Shown here in pieces: positions 57,905 to 64,000 of a DNA stretch of 64,000 bases. Position 1 is the first letter of the stretch; every line of letters starts with the position of its first letter. The notes beneath the pieces are model-generated. The model worked only from the letters and a program-made list of their open reading frames with translations, was not told the origin of the DNA and did not search any database. Source of the DNA: the human T2T-CHM13v2.0 reference genome, Homo sapiens. Made by a program: the position numbers and the translations under genes. The stretch lies in assembly GCF_009914755.1 (NCBI RefSeq), contig NC_060928.1. One strand, 5' to 3'.

Positions 57905-58395
57905 TAGTATGAGCTGATTGTCCTCGATACTTGATGTACTTCTAACATTTTGCATTCTCTCCCTGACTCCATTAGAGGAGTATAATTTCCTGCCTTATTG
58001 AATTTGGACTTTACCTTGTGACATTGATTTTGGACTTCATATTCCATAACCAATGGAACGTGAGCAAAGATGGAATATGAGCAACCGATGGAATATGTCA
58101 TGAACAAATGCCATAAACTTGCACGATAGCTTGTCCTCCTGGACTTCAACCTTCTGCCATGAGAGGGACATGTTCTGGGTAGCTGTTGGTCCCAGAATAA
58201 GAATATGTGTAGAATAGAACTAAATCCAATCACTAATCCTTGAACCAATCCAAGACTCTCCCAGCTGAGCCCAGGAGAATCATAGCCATTTCACGGACAG
58301 AAATGTGACATGAGTGACAGAAAGAAATGTCTTTTGTAACCACTCAGTTCCTGGGGTTATTATTCATCATTACTGCTACATAATTAACTAATATG
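57905..58395 (+). mobile_element. MaLR LTR (MLT1H/I-like)
   Basis: ccaatggaacgtgagca...ctgccatgagagggacatgttctgggtagctgttggtccc...aaatgtcttttgtaaccactcagtt...taactaata. Confidence 0.75.
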
Positions 58396-59149
58396 CCTTT
58401 CTATTTTATTTGGAATCAGTTCATTTTTTTTTCTCTCAAATGCTTTCAATGTCCTCTCCTAAAACTTTTCAGACTATGAAGGTGGGGAAGGGAATAGTTT
58501 AGCTGAAGCTGAGACAGATTTAGGTAGAAGACTTATATTGCTCTCCTCTGAGATCCCATTGAAAGTCCTATCTAAGGGAGATATTCTGCTCTTACAGCTT
58601 TGACAACTTCATTTTAGCACAGCACTCTGGAAGATGACACTTCTTGGTGGCCCTTCCTACTGACCTGTTTTCATGAGGTGGTCTTGCCTTTATATTTACA
58701 GGTTTTTACTTTTGAGAATTTTATTTGACTTTCCTAAGTCTGCTTAATCATTGGCTTTGCCAATTTATTCTCAAATTAGAAGATATTAATACAAATCCTT
58801 TGACCATTACTGAGACATGCATTCTTTCCTTATCACTAGCTCTGAGAAAAGACGGTTAAATGCCAGACCATGTAACCTGCTTGAAATCACACTTGGCTGT
58901 TCTGTTTTGGCTTTTTTTTTTTTTTTTTAATACGTAGGAAATAACCTGTTTGCTTACTACAGAAGAATTTTTGTCAGGTTATTTTTATTATTTATTCACT
59001 CATTTATGTAATATATGCTCTTGTTGTTAGGCAATGGGAATATAAACCTCTTGATCCTACTTTTCTCTACAGTCCTCACCTGGAATTCACTTATGTAGAA
59101 ATGCCACATGAAAACTTAAGCAGTTCATAGCCACAAGGTGAGGATGTAA

Positions 59150-59531
<382 letters not shown>

Positions 59532-60544
59532 TAAAAATATATTCTAGTATATTATGTGTCACAGAGTATTTTCTTGAATTTGAAACCATACTCCTTATAT
59601 TTTATTTTTACAATACTCCTTTTATTACAAGGAAAGAAATTGCAGAGGAAATCAGCTCTCTATAAATATAAAAGGATTAAATATTAGCACTTGGAGCAAG
59701 AAGGCACAAAAAATATCATAGTTTTAGTGTTTCCTGACTTCATACTATGTGATTGACTAATAGGGAGTCTGTTACAAGTCAATTAAAATGAGATATTCCT
59801 TTAACATTTTCTACAGTGTATTGCACTAAGGCCTAAAAATAAGTATTTAAATTTGCTCATACCACCTTATTTACATGAGTCCGCTAATTAATACTTCCCT
59901 CTTTCAGCTACCTTTTAATATTATAGCAGAATATGTTACTTTTTGCTTGATTTAAACCTGACCCAGTTTACTAAGGAGGCATGCTAGTGCATGACCTAAG
60001 AGTTGTCAAATATTCCATTAGGAATGAACTTAAGTGTTTTTTACATTTAGTGCATCAGCAAATAGAGAAAATGAGTTAGTAGAAACATCTTTCATCTAAA
60101 ACTGGTAAATGGCTCTCTATCAATATTTGTTGGAATTAGCATGTAGTGGATTAGGTTATGCATTATACAAAGATAATATGTATTTTAGAAATTGGTCTTC
60201 TTTGCAAAGTCAAGCTTTAATTGGGAGTGAGGAAGGAGACAGAAATGATTAAAATGCATATCAATTTTACCAGTTTTCTTGCATGATCTCAAAAAATTTA
60301 TAACTTAAAAAAAGACTAAAATTTCTTTAGCAAAATGCAGGCAAATATAAGTGATTTGAGTAGCAAGTCATCCTGCCTGTAATGTGGAATAGAAACAAAA
60401 AAGCATGAATAGAAGAAAAGTACCTCTTGTTGATTGGCATAGGGTCATGTAGTATTTAAATCAACTTTAATTACTGACCAGCTGAATTGTTCATTAATGG
60501 GTTGCCTGTAGCAACAAAAATAGCACATTTAACAGTGTGGTAAA

Positions 60545-60660
60545 AATACTGTACCACAACATCATCTTCAGTCACGAGTTTTGCGTGGAAGTGCAAGTTA
60601 AGTTGATTTACCCAAGATCATTGAAGTCAATGGCAACAAGGGTTTCAAATTCTTAGCTTC
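60545..60660 (-). mobile_element. MIR remnant
   Basis: gttaagttgatttacccaagatca...tggcaacaagggtttcaaat. Confidence 0.4.
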
Positions 60661-62248
60661 TTTCTTTTTGTTGCTTCTGCCCTCTGAACTATTCTCTCTC
60701 TAAAGTTATTAATTTACTATATATTTTTGTGATTTCTTGATTAGCAATGGGAAAAGTGGTATGTTTATGTTTAATTACTGAGTTGCTTGCTGAAGATTGG
60801 CATAGACCAAATATTGTAAGTGAATGTTCCATATTGGCAAAGTTTTCTGGTGTATATTCTGATTCATGTTTTGAATTGGGTTAATGTATATTCCTGTAGT
60901 TAGACAGAATGCTATATGAATTATTCTAGAGAATTAGAAAATGTTTCAAATTATTTAGGTATCAAATACAAAGAATGAAAAGTATGTTTTATTTTTTCAA
61001 CATATTTTATTTCATGACTTTCTAAAAAATAATTTGATCCAAATTCCAGGGATAACTCAGGAATGAAAATAAATCTCTACTTAAAAGGCAACCTGCCTCT
61101 TCTTAACAGACAGTCTTGAGGTGTGCTCACCGAGTGCAGCTGTCAGGGCACTGGGTTAACTGTGACATTTTGAAATAATTGTGGTTGTAGAGCTTCCTGT
61201 AGGCAGTTGCTGCTTGCTTTGTTAAATTGCCCACATTTTTCAGTCAAGCATTTTCCTGGCTGCATCAAAGGTATTGAGTAACTGTGTTAACCTTGGTGTG
61301 TTTTGGCAATAGGAGATCAAGTAAACGTCAATAAATGTCTCCCACAGCCCTGATAAACTCCAAGGGCACAGACAGAGGTGTTTATGAGCTGTAGGGGACA
61401 ATTTGGTCAAGTATACGTTTCCCTTCAAGTTGCTTATTGCCATTTTAGTGTTAGCAGAACATATTTTAAGTCAACTTTTTTGACAGAACATATTGGTTGG
61501 CATTGCGTAGGCTTCTGTGTTTTTATGAGACAGATGGCAATTACCCATTTTTGTGCATTGTTATCTTTTAACTTTAAGTATCACATTTACTGATGAACTG
61601 GACTTTGCCCTAAATTTTTTTTTTCAAATTTGAGCAGTCTCACCTTATAAAATTTCCTTGCAAAGAAATATTAAGACAGGTGCCTATGAAATTATAATAT
61701 TAAATGTTATAAGAAGGAAATGACTTTTAAAATGGGTTCAAATTTGATAGAGTTTCTTTCTTTAAATTCAGCCTTCTCATTTCTCTTCTGCCTTGGGATT
61801 GTTTTAGAAAGATGGTCATGGTTAATACAAATGCAGGTATATCCTAAATAGATAAAACCATCTGTGTTATTCTTTTAGTTTTTCAGAGGCAAAACAAAAA
61901 CAAAACATTAAAATACATAGCTTAGGTTTCTATTTATATTCACATCATTCTTCTGAAAACTATGCTCTCTTTTACAGAAACTATAAAGAATATTAACCTA
62001 TTAAAATTTCTAATGTTTTAAAACAACTATTGGTCAAAATACTTCCTTAGAAGTGTAAGCTAAAATCTATGATCCTTTGATGTGAATACTCAAGCTGGCA
62101 TATTTTTAAATCAAGCAAAATGTAAAAGGTTAAACAATCCATTATTCATCTCTTTTTCTCCCATTGTTCCAACACAAGAGAAAAGCAATTTTGATTTGTT
62201 TAAATTTTATTATCACATTTTTTAAAATCTTGGTTAAAGACTGAATGT

Positions 62249-63357
62249 AGTCTCTAATGACCAGTGATGAGAAGCTTTTTTTATATGTTTGTTGGCCACA
62301 TAAATGTCTTCTTTTGAGAAGTGTCTGTTCATATCCTTTGCCCACTTTTTGATGGGATTGTTTCTTTCTTTCTTGTAAGTTTGTTTAAGTTCCTTGTAGA
62401 TTCTGGATATTAGCCCTTTGTCAGATGGATAGATTGCAAAAAATTTCTCCCATTCTATAGGTTGTCTTTTCACTCTGATGATAGTTTCTTTTGCTGTGCA
62501 GAAGCTCTTTAGTTTAATTAGATCCCATTTGTCAATTTTGGCTTTTGTTGCCATTGCTTTTGGTGTTTTAGTCATGAAGTCTTTGCCCATTCCTATGTCC
62601 TGAATGGTATTGCCTAGGTTTTCTTCTAGGGTTTTTATGGTTTTAGGTCTTACGTTTACATCTTTACTCCAACTTGAGTTAAATTTTGCATAAGGTGTAA
62701 GGAAGGGGTCCAGTTTCAGTTTTCCGCTAGCCAGTTTTCCCAACGCCATTTATTAAATAGGGATTCCTTTCCCCATTTCTTGTTTTGTCAGGTTTGTCAA
62801 AGATCAGATGGTTGTAGATGTGTGGCATTATTTCTGAGACCTCTGTTCTGTTCCATCGGTCTATATGTCTGTTTTGCTACCAGTACCATGCTCTTTTGGT
62901 TACTGTAGGCTTGTAGTATAGTTTGAAGTCAGGTAGCATGATGCCTCCAGCTTTGTTCTATTTGCTTAGGATTGTCTTGGCTATACAGGCTCTTTTTTGG
63001 TTTTAGATGAAATTATTAGCAGTTTTTTCTAACTCCATGAAGAAAGTCAATAGTAGCTTGATGGAGATAGCATTGAATCTATAAATTACTTTGGGCAGTA
63101 TGGTCATTTTCATGATATTGATTCTTCCTATCCATGAGCATGGAATGTTTTTCCATTTGTTTGTGCCCTCTCTTATTTCCTTGAGCAGTGGCTTGTAGTT
63201 CTCCTTAAAGAGGTCCTTCACATCCCTTGTAAGTTGTATTCCTAGGTATTTTACTATCTTTGTAGCAATTGTGAATGGGTGTTCACTCATGATTTGGCTC
63301 TCTGTCTATTATTGGTGTATAGGAATGCTTGTGATTTTTGCATGTTGATTTTATATC
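62249..63357 (-). mobile_element. L1PA7/8-like internal ORF2 fragment lacking both ends
   Basis: Minus ORFs 62234-62749 ([11 protein letters not shown]...[11 protein letters not shown]) and 63003-63290 ([15 protein letters not shown]). No 3' UTR or poly(A). Confidence 0.92.
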
Positions 63358-63559
63358 TTTATTGCTGACATCTCTCTTTAGTTTCAGATCTTTAGTTACA
63401 ATGCTTAGTTTATGGACAAAGGCTCTCAGATGTCCCTCAAGTATCTCAAACTTTAGGAGCACCCATGCCTTCCCTTTCACTGCTTTTCATTTTTGTTTCA
63501 GACATTCATCAACCCACCATTCCCATTCATCCTGGAGGGCAGAAAGCTCTTTTCATGCT

Positions 63560-64000
63560 CTCTTTCTCTCTCTCTCTCTCTCTGTTACCTACAAACAATC
63601 AGTCATCATGTCTTGAAAATTCCCTATCAGAATTGTTTCTCAAATAGTCTCAAATCTATCTTCTCCTTTCCATTCATTTTTGAGATTACCTATGCCTTCT
63701 TGCTTGTTATAACTAGTGAATAATTGATCTTTCTAGTTCCCATATTCCTTCTACTCTAAACTCCAGGATAAATCTCCAATTTTAATCTTTCTAATGGATC
63801 TAATCTTGTCACTTTCCTGATCAAAAACTTTGGCCACTGTTTGTCTTCAAGAAAAAGTACATTCTCCTTCTTTCTGGCATTTGAGGGGATACCCAATCTG
63901 TCTTTACATACCTAGTTAGGGTTTTCTCCCAATACCTTTCTCCAAGCTCCATGTCTTATTTCAAACTGTCCTACACATGTTATGTTTTAAACATTTCATC
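63560..64000 (+). mobile_element. LINE-2 fragment (includes a short (TC)n at 63557-63582)
   Basis: caatcagtcatcatgtcttg...atctaatcttgtcactttcctgatcaaaaactt...ctggcatttgagg. Confidence 0.55.

Overview
Primate (very likely human) AT-rich genomic DNA, intergenic or deep-intronic. I find no host protein-coding exon, RNA gene, CpG island or CRISPR-type system that I can support. Every long ORF in the track is a LINE-1 ORF1/ORF2 remnant, its antisense shadow, or an Alu/low-complexity artefact. The window is mostly transposable elements: a near-full-length L1MA8/9-like element (~21.6-33.6 kb) carrying a nested MSTB-like LTR and a 5'-inverted L1PA5/6; an ORF1-less L1PB on the minus strand (11.9-16.8 kb); two more short 5'-inverted L1PA insertions; seven dimeric Alus and one Alu monomer; MaLR/ERVL/ERV1 LTRs; hAT and Tigger DNA-transposon fossils; and L2/MIR/CR1 fragments. 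Subfamily names come from my recollection of consensus sequences, not from a search. The most unusual directly visible features are rearrangement scars at (TA)n tracts: a 54-bp copy of sequence from ~690 bp upstream sits inside a (TA)n microsatellite (12353-12406), and a 68-bp near-perfect palindrome is built around another (TA)n (19543-19610). I do not claim a new biological system.
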